Positions 41,348-47,745 of a stretch of 64,000 nt of DNA are shown piece by piece; within the stretch, counting starts at the first letter, position 1; each line of letters begins with the position of its first letter. The notes beneath the pieces were generated by a model, which worked only from the letters and a program-made list of their open reading frames with translations, was not told the DNA's origin and did no database searches. The translations under genes and the position numbers were made by a program. The stretch is from a virus (lineage: Duplodnaviria > Heunggongvirae > Uroviricota > Caudoviricetes): IMG/VR virus record IMGVR_UViG_3300027734_000034. One strand, written 5' to 3'.

Positions 41348-42923
41348 CAAATTTCTCCTTTAACCAATCAAAGTTATTAATCTTTGATAGTGCTAGTAAA
41401 TGGCCTTTATTTAATGTTCCGTATGATCTGCCTTGAATTGCACCAGCAATCGCATATTTACCATATGGTCTATCAGCACCCACTGTACACCATGTTTCCA
41501 ATCTATTAAATGTTTCCTCATCGTTCTGTCTGTCAATGACTTTACTTGCTAGTTTGCAACATTCTCTAAATGCACTACGCCAAGCACTAAATGCGTCAGT
41601 ATTGAAATTTGTTATGTTGCTAACTTCAAATACGGGCTTGTACTTAGTGCTGATACTGGTGGTCATGTCAGGCTTACTCAAGTCCATGTTGATTGTTAAC
41701 TCTCTAGGGAATAACTTGATGCCACCAAATCCATACTCTAAGTCATTGACTGGATTCTTACTGCGCCAAACATAAACCCAGTCCATCTTGTCTGGATGAA
41801 CGATATAGTCAAAATTAAAATTCTTGTTTATTACGGCATCACCATCTACTATCCAAACCATCTTAGTGTTGGCTAACTTAGCAGCAGTAATATGTGCATT
41901 ATGTATACCTTTAACACCGTCAACTCTTTTTGCTCTTGGGAATCTACGCTTAAGATTAGTCCAATTCTCCTCAGCATTAGGTTCATTGTATGTTACCATA
42001 ATAATATCATATTCATACTCATTAATAGTATCAACTGAGTGTATCGTTTTGGGTTGTCTATCGGGGTTGAATTCTAAAGTTTTAATGAATTTGCTTTGTT
42101 CACTAGTAAATGGTTCACATATTGGGATAATGCTACCTAAAGTTTTGCATTCGTTTACTGCATCTAACACTGACATTTTTTCTACCGTAGATTTATACAA
42201 ATCATTTAAATAATCAAAATCTCTTACTTGAGTAAAATCCCAATTTGTATATTGTGTTTTATAACATCCTTGTCTAGCACCTAATATAGCCCATATGCCA
42301 TTATTAACCTCTATTCCAGTAGTCATCCAAATTTTTAGTCTATTTAAATTACCTATGTTTAAGTCTGCTAATTCATCGACTTTAATTCCGTTATGCAAGC
42401 ACATCTTTACCCCTTCACGGAATCCAGCACGCCATGCTTGCAACTGGCTAGTATTATTGTGTATTATAGAATATGACTTATCTATTGCCATATAATTTAA
42501 TGCCCAACAAAAATCTACTTGAGTCATGGGATCATTTAGATCCGCTGCCTCATGTGTTTTCATATCAAGCATTGCTTGTACAGGCCAACATTTGATTCCC
42601 CCGTTGCCGTACAATAAACCGTTGATGATATTCTTACTGGGCCAACTAAAGACTGTTTTACTGTCATCGATTGAATCATCTAACACTAGTGTCTGATGTA
42701 GATATTTGTGGTCAATAACCGCATCGCCGTCAATGACTGATACTCGTGGGGTAGTTGCTAATTTTGCAACCGCTTTGTGTGCAGCGTCACTACCTTTAAC
42801 TCCATGAACCCTTTTGGCATAAGGAATTTTTGTTAACAAATCTTCCCAATTTGCTTGTGCATTTGGCTCATCATAGCTAAGATAGACAACATCGTATTCG
42901 TAGATTTTAAATTCTTTACTCAT
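41337..42923 (-). CDS. Tandem two-domain glycosyltransferase (GT-A-like)
   Basis: Duplicated YD....YxEPNA..RV.GVKG..AH..DGDA (DxD)..YG.GGIK..AWR..FRE. Confidence 0.7.
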   Translation of the reverse strand: MSKEFKIYEYDVVYLSYDEPNAQANWEDLLTKIPYAKRVHGVKGSDAAHKAVAKLATTPRVSVIDGDAVIDHKYLHQTLVLDDSIDDSKTVFSWPSKNIINGLLYGNGGIKCWPVQAMLDMKTHEAADLNDPMTQVDFCWALNYMAIDKSYSIIHNNTSQLQAWRAGFREGVKMCLHNGIKVDELADLNIGNLNRLKIWMTTGIEVNNGIWAILGARQGCYKTQYTNWDFTQVRDFDYLNDLYKSTVEKMSVLDAVNECKTLGSIIPICEPFTSEQSKFIKTLEFNPDRQPKTIHSVDTINEYEYDIIMVTYNEPNAEENWTNLKRRFPRAKRVDGVKGIHNAHITAAKLANTKMVWIVDGDAVINKNFNFDYIVHPDKMDWVYVWRSKNPVNDLEYGFGGIKLFPRELTINMDLSKPDMTTSISTKYKPVFEVSNITNFNTDAFSAWRSAFRECCKLASKVIDRQNDEETFNRLETWCTVGADRPYGKYAIAGAIQGRSYGTLNKGHLLALSKINNFDWLKEKFDDN

Positions 42924-42982
42924 ACGAATATTTAATATAAATAAAGGATGATGCGTAATTTGTGTTTTGGGTAAATTGAAGG

Positions 42983-43011
42983 TTGACTTCTATTCAGAAC
43001 TACTATATAAT
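42983..43011 (+). promoter_or_regulatory. sigma70-type promoter for the leader/tRNA region
   Basis: TTGACT-17 bp-TATAAT. Confidence 0.8.
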
Positions 43012-43064
43012 ACACACATAAACGCAAAAAACACTATGTAATTTGCAGTTATTTTTAACCAGGA

Positions 43065-43071
43065 CTAAATA
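43065..43071 (+). promoter_or_regulatory. T4-like late promoter motif (A/C)TAAATA (representative copy)
   Basis: Same motif shortly upstream of genes at ~5587, 8794, 17982, 18822, 21627, 29675, 46399, 49276, 51503 and 56737; T4 late consensus is TATAAATA. Confidence 0.6.
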
Positions 43072-43078
43072 GAATACT

Positions 43079-43213
43079 ATGATGAATAAAACTTGTTACA
43101 TGCCGAAACATACGGGGCTATGGTCTATAGAGACCTTAGCGGCCTTTGCGGTATCATATCCTACAAGTATTCGCGGGAATGATAACCAAAGAGGAGCCCG
43201 GGGAGAGGAATAA
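43079..43213 (+). CDS. Putative attenuator leader peptide, 44 aa, containing all 20 amino acids
   Basis: MMNKTCYMPKHTGLWSIETLAAFAVSYPTSIRGNDNQRGARGEE*; lies between promoter and terminator. Confidence 0.6.
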   Translation: MMNKTCYMPKHTGLWSIETLAAFAVSYPTSIRGNDNQRGARGEE

Positions 43214-43240
43214 CTAGTTACATCATAACAAAATTTATTC

Positions 43241-43275
43241 AACCCCTGGGAAACTAAAAAGTCTCAGGGGTTTTT
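43241..43275 (+). terminator. Intrinsic terminator with a competing antiterminator
   Basis: AACCCCTGGGA/TCTCAGGGGTT stem + T-run; 5' arm can instead pair with 43197-43213. Confidence 0.8.
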
Positions 43276-43300
43276 CGTTGTATAAAAACAACAAACAGAG

Positions 43301-43329
43301 TTTACAGTAAATGGATACTCTGATATACT
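43301..43329 (+). promoter_or_regulatory. sigma70-type promoter
   Basis: TTTACA-17 bp-TATACT, preceded by GTTGT-N6-ACAAC palindrome at 43277-43292. Confidence 0.6.
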
Positions 43330-43345
43330 AAGGGTTAATTAAGAA

Positions 43346-43475
43346 GCAACTACAAAGTTGCGTAGTGGAGAGTTAGATAGTGTGTATAGGTAACGAGGAC
43401 CTAGTCTGCACTTAAAACATGGACGAACGGGCGGCCTAGAGGATGAAGTCTCTTTTGTGAGATGAAAAATTCTAG
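43346..43475 (+). ncRNA. Uncharacterised structured RNA at the head of the tRNA array
   Basis: Stems GCAACT/AGTTGC, AGTGTG/TGCACT, TAGGT/ACCTA, CTAGA/TCTAG, GTCTC/GAGAT; no credible ORF. Confidence 0.4.
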
Positions 43476-43477
43476 CG

Positions 43478-43550
43478 TATTGAAACATATTAAAACACGC
43501 CCCTAGTAGCAGTAGCGAATCAAGGGTGTAATGTTGAGTGTGTTTCAATA
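43478..43550 (+). ncRNA. Long-stem element, family B copy 1
   Basis: TATTGAAACATAT...GTGTGTTTCAATA. Confidence 0.5.
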
Positions 43551-43583
43551 CACACATTCGCAAGAGTGTGTTAACAAACATGT

Positions 43584-43659
43584 TGGGGTGTCGCCTAGTG
43601 GCCTAAGGCAACGGTCTTTGAAATCGTCATCATGGGTTCGAATCCCATCTCCCCTGCCA
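43584..43659 (+). tRNA. tRNA-Gln(TTG)
   Basis: Cloverleaf, loop CTTTGAA, TTCGAAT, CCA. Confidence 0.9.
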
Positions 43660-43666
43660 AATTTAT

Positions 43667-43745
43667 TCCGTAGAATCCGAGCATGGTGCACGGACTTGAC
43701 TGTTAATCAATGACTAGCTGGGATCATTACCCAGATACGGAGCCA
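43667..43745 (+). tRNA. tRNA-Asn(GTT), atypical T-loop ATCATTA
   Basis: Cloverleaf, loop CTGTTAA, CCA. Confidence 0.8.
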
Positions 43746-43751
43746 ATTTTA

Positions 43752-43825
43752 GCCCTTTTCGTATAACGGTATTACGCCTGTTTTGTAATCAGGATACGGC
43801 AGTTCAATTCTGTCATGGGGCACCA
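43752..43825 (+). tRNA. tRNA-Thr(TGT)
   Basis: Loop TTTGTAA, TTCAATT, CCA. Confidence 0.85.
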
Positions 43826-43830
43826 GTTTT

Positions 43831-43891
43831 AGGATAGCAACAGCAAATCAAAAAAACTTTCAACGTTTATGAAAAAAAATGCTATCCTGTT
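43831..43891 (+). ncRNA. Y-RNA-like module, family A copy 1
   Basis: AGGATAGCAA-CAGCAA...TGCTATCCTGTT; internal TTTCA-ACGTTTA-TGAAA hairpin. Confidence 0.65.
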
Positions 43892-43898
43892 TTATTAT

Positions 43899-43972
43899 GC
43901 GTGGTTAGTTTAACGGAAAAATCAGTGGTTGCCAACTACTAGTCAAGGGTTCGACTCCCTTACCCCGCACCA
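43899..43972 (+). tRNA. tRNA-Gly(GCC)
   Basis: Loop TTGCCAA, TTCGACT, CCA. Confidence 0.85.
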
Positions 43973-43979
43973 ATTTTAT

Positions 43980-44054
43980 GCCTGGTTAGTTCAGCGGAAG
44001 AACGTCTGCCCGATTAGCGGAATGTCGTAGGTTCGACTCCTACACTAGGTACCA
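43980..44054 (+). tRNA. tRNA-Ile(GAT) with atypical loop CCGATTA (C33, U37)
   Basis: Cloverleaf, TCTGC/GCGGA stem, CCA. Confidence 0.75.
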
Positions 44055-44059
44055 GTTTA

Positions 44060-44173
44060 AGGATAGGTTCAGCAAATAATTTAACTACTACTCTGTAAAA
44101 GTAAAGGAACGGTTCGACTCCGTAGCCGCAAGGTTTGGTGTAACGGTAGCACTATGTTAAAAACTATCCTGTT
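44060..44173 (+). ncRNA. Y-RNA-like module, family A copy 2, with circularly permuted tRNA-like domain (YrlA-like)
   Basis: AGGATAGGTT-CAGCAA...AACTATCCTGTT enclosing TACT-CTGTAAA-AGTA, ACGG-TTCGACT-CCGT, AGCC-GCAA-GGTT, GTGT-AACGGTA-GCAC. Confidence 0.7.
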
Positions 44174-44180
44174 ATTTTAT

Positions 44181-44255
44181 ATTCCGTGAGGCAGCTGGCG
44201 TGGCCGATAGTCCTTCAAACTATTGAGATGGGATCAAAACCCATACGGAATACCA
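44181..44255 (+). tRNA. tRNA-Glu(TTC), atypical (C33, T-loop ATCAAAA)
   Basis: ATAGT-CCTTCAA-ACTAT, ATTCCGT/ACGGAAT, CCA. Confidence 0.7.
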
Positions 44256-44261
44256 ATCAAT

Positions 44262-44338
44262 GCGACCGTAACTCAGCTGGATAGAGTACTAGGCTACGAA
44301 CTTAGGAGTCGGGAGTTCGAATCTCTCCGGTCGCACCA
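44262..44338 (+). tRNA. tRNA-Arg(ACG)
   Basis: Loop CTACGAA, TTCGAAT, CCA. Confidence 0.92.
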
Positions 44339-44342
44339 ATTT

Positions 44343-44416
44343 GCTCTTTTAGTATAAAGGTATTATAATACATTGGTAATGTATAGACGCTGGATCGTTA
44401 CCAGCAAGGAGCACCA
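44343..44416 (+). tRNA. tRNA-Thr(GGT), atypical T-loop ATCGTTA
   Basis: ATACA-TTGGTAA-TGTAT, CCA. Confidence 0.8.
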
Positions 44417-44510
44417 TATAAGAACACACTGCTTGCCTGACTGCAAAAGTCGTGGTAAACTACAAGAGAAAGGGGTTCAAATCCCCGGGACTGGTAGTGT
44501 GTTTCTATAT
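44417..44510 (+). ncRNA. Long-stem element, family B copy 2, with T-arm-like cargo
   Basis: (CCA)TATAAGAACACACT...AGTGTGTTTCTATAT(GG); internal GGGG-TTCAAAT-CCCC. Confidence 0.55.
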
Positions 44511-44586
44511 GGTAATATAGCATAGTGGCTAATGCAACTGCTTCATACGCAGTCTATCGTTGGTTCGAGTCCAACTATTACCACCA
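44511..44586 (+). tRNA. tRNA-Met/Ile2(CAT)
   Basis: ACTGC-TTCATAC-GCAGT, CCA. Confidence 0.85.
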
Positions 44587-44595
44587 AACAATTTT

Positions 44596-44671
44596 GCCTC
44601 TATAACTCAGTTGGTAGAGTATCGTGTTGATAACGCGGAAGTCCTTGGTTCAAGTCCAAGTGGAGGCACCA
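44596..44671 (+). tRNA. tRNA-Ile(GAT)
   Basis: Loop TTGATAA, TTCAAGT, CCA. Confidence 0.9.
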
Positions 44672-44677
44672 AAATTT

Positions 44678-44751
44678 GGGCTGCTAGTATAATGGGATTA
44701 CACTGGCCTTGCAAGTCAGTTATTGGGGTTCGATTCCCCAGCGGTCCACCA
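44678..44751 (+). tRNA. tRNA-Ala(TGC)
   Basis: Loop CTTGCAA, G3.U70, CCA. Confidence 0.9.
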
Positions 44752-44760
44752 AGTTTTTAT

Positions 44761-44869
44761 GGGTTGTCAAGGTTGGTCTCATGCACGGTGAATAGCCGTA
44801 GGAGCATTATCGAGTGTGCGCCACCGCACTCTTGGTCTGACAAGGGTTCAAGTCCCTTACAATCCACCA
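44761..44869 (+). ncRNA. tRNA-Ala/tmRNA-TLD-like RNA without canonical D or anticodon arms
   Basis: GGGTTGT/ACAATCC-A-CCA (G3.U70), GAC-AAGGG-TTCAAGT-CCCTT; ~75 nt non-tRNA interior. Confidence 0.6.
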
Positions 44870-44877
44870 AGTTTTAT

Positions 44878-44956
44878 CTGTGTGTGAGAAAGTCCGGTCT
44901 AATCTACTCGCCTTGGAAGTGAGAAATCGTAGGTTCAAATCCTACCGCACAGACCA
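44878..44956 (+). tRNA. tRNA-Pro(TGG), A37
   Basis: CTCGC-CTTGGAA-GTGAG, CCA. Confidence 0.85.
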
Positions 44957-44965
44957 ATTATTTAC

Positions 44966-45042
44966 GGTGACCATAGTGTAAAGGTTTAGCACCTCGCTCT
45001 GTGAAAGCGATAGAATGGGATCGTTCCCCATTGGTTACCCCA
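44966..45042 (+). tRNA. tRNA-His(GTG) with G-1, atypical T-loop ATCGTTC
   Basis: TCGCT-CTGTGAA-AGCGA, C73, CCA. Confidence 0.85.
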
Positions 45043-45047
45043 ATCAT

Positions 45048-45124
45048 GCCCTGGTAGCGCAATTGGTAGAGGCAATGGTCTAAGAAGCCATCAAGTGCGA
45101 GTTCGAATCTCGCCTAGGGCACCA
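45048..45124 (+). tRNA. tRNA-Leu(AAG), short variable loop
   Basis: ATGGT-CTAAGAA-GCCAT, TTCGAAT, CCA. Confidence 0.85.
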
Positions 45125-45135
45125 AACAAATTTAC

Positions 45136-45214
45136 GCCCCGCTGGACAAATCTGGCAAAGTCGCTTCTCTCAAAAGGAAGAGTTCTCTCGGTTCGACTCC
45201 GAGGCGGGGTACCA
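45136..45214 (+). tRNA. tRNA-Leu(CAA), short variable loop
   Basis: CTTCT-CTCAAAA-GGAAG, CCA. Confidence 0.85.
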
Positions 45215-45219
45215 ATTAT

Positions 45220-45311
45220 GGAGAGTAATGCAGGTGGGATGGTCCGCCGACGAGCCTTGAAAACTCGGTTCTCAGAAATGGGATGGGGTTCGACTCCTCT
45301 GCTCTCCGCCA
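45220..45311 (+). tRNA. tRNA-Ser(TGA), probable 8/4 fold
   Basis: GGAGAGTA/TGCTCTCC, GGGG-TTCGACT-CCTC, long variable arm, G73. Confidence 0.75.
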
Positions 45312-45316
45312 AATTT

Positions 45317-45462
45317 CAAGCTAGACGATAAGATCGAGTCCCAAATAATCTAGCACAGTCGGGGTTGGCTGTGTGACACCGCACACGATTATGAGGTAGT
45401 CTAAACTCTTTTATGCGAGACAAACTAGTGAGGCTGTGTAACGACAGATAGCTAGCTGCTTG
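45317..45462 (+). ncRNA. Uncharacterised structured RNA
   Basis: Terminal CAAGC/GCTTG, internal GCACAGTC/GGCTGTGT; directly after tRNA CCA. Confidence 0.35.
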
Positions 45463-45471
45463 AAAACTTAT

Positions 45472-46119
45472 TCATGGTTTACGAAACCACCAGAAGCATC
45501 CTTGTACAAATAGTTGTGCATTGTATGCTTTTGCTATGTTATCAACTAATTCAGGATTGACACCTGGAAGCCTTCTTCGTTTTTCTCTGATATCAGGTTG
45601 CTCAGAATCGTTTATCCATTCTTCAGATTTATAATCGTGGCCGCATACTATGCCACCACTGCGAACTTTTGTGCTCCAGTACATGGCATTATCTGCGCCA
45701 CAATCATCAAAGTATAAATCGCATTGAGTATTAGAAAATACATCAGTCATATTTTTGTTTTCATGTTGAAAATGAATACGGTGTAGGTCAATCTTATCTT
45801 TCATGTGTTTAGTATTATGCATGAACCAATCTTCAGTCGTTAATTCTTCTAGCGGGCGATCATGCCAGAATTCAGTAGAACCGTCTGGTAAAGTAGTATG
45901 TCCATCTGATATAAAATCTTCTAATACAATGAAGGTTGCATCGGATCTTATTTTATTCATTAGTACTATACTACCGCCGATGAAACTACCTAGTTCAATA
46001 ACTACCGGATTAGGCGGTAATGTAGTCACTAAAGCACTAAGAGATAATTGTTCATTTGCGCTCATAGCACAAAATGGTACATGTAAGTTATCCCATGTGG
46101 CATTTTTAATGTATATCAT
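45472..46119 (-). CDS. Class I SAM methyltransferase (Methyltransf_24-like), antisense within the tRNA array
   Basis: VIELGSFIGGS, YFDD, GGIVCGHDY; ATAAATA just upstream on minus strand. Confidence 0.75.
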   Translation of the reverse strand: MIYIKNATWDNLHVPFCAMSANEQLSLSALVTTLPPNPVVIELGSFIGGSIVLMNKIRSDATFIVLEDFISDGHTTLPDGSTEFWHDRPLEELTTEDWFMHNTKHMKDKIDLHRIHFQHENKNMTDVFSNTQCDLYFDDCGADNAMYWSTKVRSGGIVCGHDYKSEEWINDSEQPDIREKRRRLPGVNPELVDNIAKAYNAQLFVQGCFWWFRKP

Positions 46120-46162
46120 AAATTTATTTATCGTGCAGCTTTGGCTGTGTGAAAACCTATAA

Positions 46163-46239
46163 GCCATAGTAGCTCCAATCGGTAGAGCAGCGGACTGAAA
46201 ATTCGTGTGTTGCTGGTTCAAATCCAGCCTATGGCACCA
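46163..46239 (+). tRNA. tRNA-Phe(GAA)
   Basis: Loop CTGAAAA, CCA. Confidence 0.92.
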
Positions 46240-46246
46240 AGTATCT

Positions 46247-46321
46247 CTCGCTATAGTTCAACGGATAGAACGATTCTCTCCTAAAGAATAGATATAGGTT
46301 CAATTCCTATTGGTGAGACCA
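46247..46321 (+). tRNA. tRNA-Arg(CCT)
   Basis: ATTCT-CTCCTAA-AGAAT, CCA. Confidence 0.9.
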
Positions 46322-46429
46322 ACATATACATAGTTTATGCACAATAAGTATATAGTTACTGTGTAATAAGACAAAAGTATTGACTGGACCTAAACAGACT
46401 AAATATTAGTTTGTGAAAGGAACAAAAAT

Positions 46430-46669
46430 ATGGAAGCAATGAACAAAGGATTCGCCATCGCAGGCGGTTTTCTAAGTAGCGTTTTAGACTTAGGTGTAAA
46501 ACTTTTAGCGGTAGGTGTTATTCTACAAATCATCTTCGGAGCAGCAGTACCATTCATCGGATTGGATATTCTTGCTAACGTGATTAAATTCATCACAGCA
46601 CTTGGTAGCCAAGGCTTAGTTGGATTGGTTGCGATCGGAGTTTTAGGTTGGTCTTTCAACCGTAAGTAA
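46430..46669 (+). CDS. Small membrane protein
   Basis: Hydrophobic 79 aa, QIIFG..PF..GLVGLVA; RBS and downstream terminator. Confidence 0.65.
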   Translation: MEAMNKGFAIAGGFLSSVLDLGVKLLAVGVILQIIFGAAVPFIGLDILANVIKFITALGSQGLVGLVAIGVLGWSFNRK

Positions 46670-46694
46670 AACTACGATAACACACTCTCACAAG

Positions 46695-46714
46695 AACCCG
46701 CTAGTCGGGTTTTT
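46695..46714 (+). terminator. Intrinsic terminator
   Basis: AACCCG-CTAGT-CGGGTT-TTT. Confidence 0.7.
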
Positions 46715-46721
46715 GTTTGGC

Positions 46722-46750
46722 TTGACAATAATTCAGTTATGTGTTATAGT
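46722..46750 (+). promoter_or_regulatory. sigma70-type promoter
   Basis: TTGACA-17 bp-TATAGT. Confidence 0.7.
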
Positions 46751-46757
46751 TATGTAT

Positions 46758-46832
46758 GGGTCGTTAGTGCAATGGATAGCATACAAGTTTCCGATACTTG
46801 TGATGCAAGTTCGATTCTTGCACGACTTACCA
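46758..46832 (+). tRNA. tRNA-Arg(CCG)
   Basis: CAAGT-TTCCGAT-ACTTG, CCA. Confidence 0.85.
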
Positions 46833-46875
46833 AGAGTAAATAAGATTAGTGACAACAACAGAAAAGGAGTTTAGT

Positions 46876-47436
46876 ATGACTGTTCTAGCACTAGATATTT
46901 CAGGAGTTCCAAGACAATGGATCTCGCACGATGACGCGATCACATACCACGCAAAAGATGCGGTAGCATGGAGCATGGGTGAAGTTGTGGCTAAGTATCG
47001 TGGAGGTTTTCAAAACACCGGAGACCAAAGTTATATCGAAACTACCAGTATCATTGCTGTTAAAGGTCACGGATTCAACCCATACAAGCATGCCAATGTA
47101 GCATTGACTAACAGGACATTGTTTGGACGGGACCGACAGGTGTGTGCATACTGTGGTAAACATCACGGTAACTATCATCACTTAAGCAGGGACCATATTG
47201 TCCCTAAATTTTTAGGTGGTGAGAACACTTGGATGAATGTTGTTACTGCATGTAAAGAATGTAACAGTAAGAAAGGTCATAAGACATTGAAAGAAGCCCG
47301 CATGGAACTTCTGTATGCGCCTTATGTTCCTAATCATTACGAAAACATGATTTTACAACATCGTAACATCCTTGCTGACCAGATGGATTACTTGCTATCA
47401 GGTGTTCCAAAGCACAGTAGGATTCTACTAAACTAG
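46876..47436 (+). CDS. HNH endonuclease (McrA-like)
   Basis: RDRQVCAYCG..DHIVP..GG..WMNVVTACKECNSKKG; AAGGAG RBS. Confidence 0.9.
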   Translation: MTVLALDISGVPRQWISHDDAITYHAKDAVAWSMGEVVAKYRGGFQNTGDQSYIETTSIIAVKGHGFNPYKHANVALTNRTLFGRDRQVCAYCGKHHGNYHHLSRDHIVPKFLGGENTWMNVVTACKECNSKKGHKTLKEARMELLYAPYVPNHYENMILQHRNILADQMDYLLSGVPKHSRILLN

Positions 47437-47437
47437 G

Positions 47438-47466
47438 TTGACATAAAAATCAACCTAGTGTATAAT
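47438..47466 (+). promoter_or_regulatory. sigma70-type promoter overlapping an inverted repeat
   Basis: TTGACA-17-TATAAT; CTAGGTTGA/TCAACCTAG. Confidence 0.75.
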
Positions 47467-47513
47467 TCATCTAAATAAACATAGTAGTGAGTAACATCAC
47501 TACTATTAAAATT

Positions 47514-47588
47514 GCCCGATTGGCTCAGGGGTAGAGCAACCGCCTTGTAAGCGGTAGGTCGTCTGTTCGAATCAGACATTGGGCACCA
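47514..47588 (+). tRNA. tRNA-Thr(TGT)
   Basis: Loop CTTGTAA, CCA. Confidence 0.93.
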
Positions 47589-47596
47589 ATTTTTAT

Positions 47597-47672
47597 TCCC
47601 CAGTAGCACAGCGGTAGTTGCAGTTGACTGTTAATCAACGTGTCGGTGGTTCGATCCCATCCTGGGGAGCCA
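47597..47672 (+). tRNA. tRNA-Asn(GTT)
   Basis: Loop CTGTTAA, CCA. Confidence 0.93.
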
Positions 47673-47695
47673 AATATCTTTGTTAAGCATTCTGC

Positions 47696-47724
47696 TTGAC
47701 AATAAATCAATTATCCTCTATAAT
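47696..47724 (+). promoter_or_regulatory. sigma70-type promoter
   Basis: TTGACA-17-TATAAT. Confidence 0.8.
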
Positions 47725-47745
47725 AGAGACTACTTAGAATTTAAT

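Noticed and set aside
43436-43475. Hammerhead ribozyme (GATGA..GAAA)
   Set aside because: Core reads GGATGAA, not CTGATGA, and no stem III with an NUH site is evident
44181-44255. Opal suppressor/Sec tRNA (CTTCAAA) and stop-codon recoding
   Set aside because: The 5-bp stem ATAGT/ACTAT fixes the loop as CCTTCAA (anticodon TTC); genes read intact in code 11 and use TAA, TAG and TGA stops
45220-45311. tRNA-Sec
   Set aside because: Anticodon is TGA (Ser), not TCA; fold is 8/4 rather than 8/5; no sel genes
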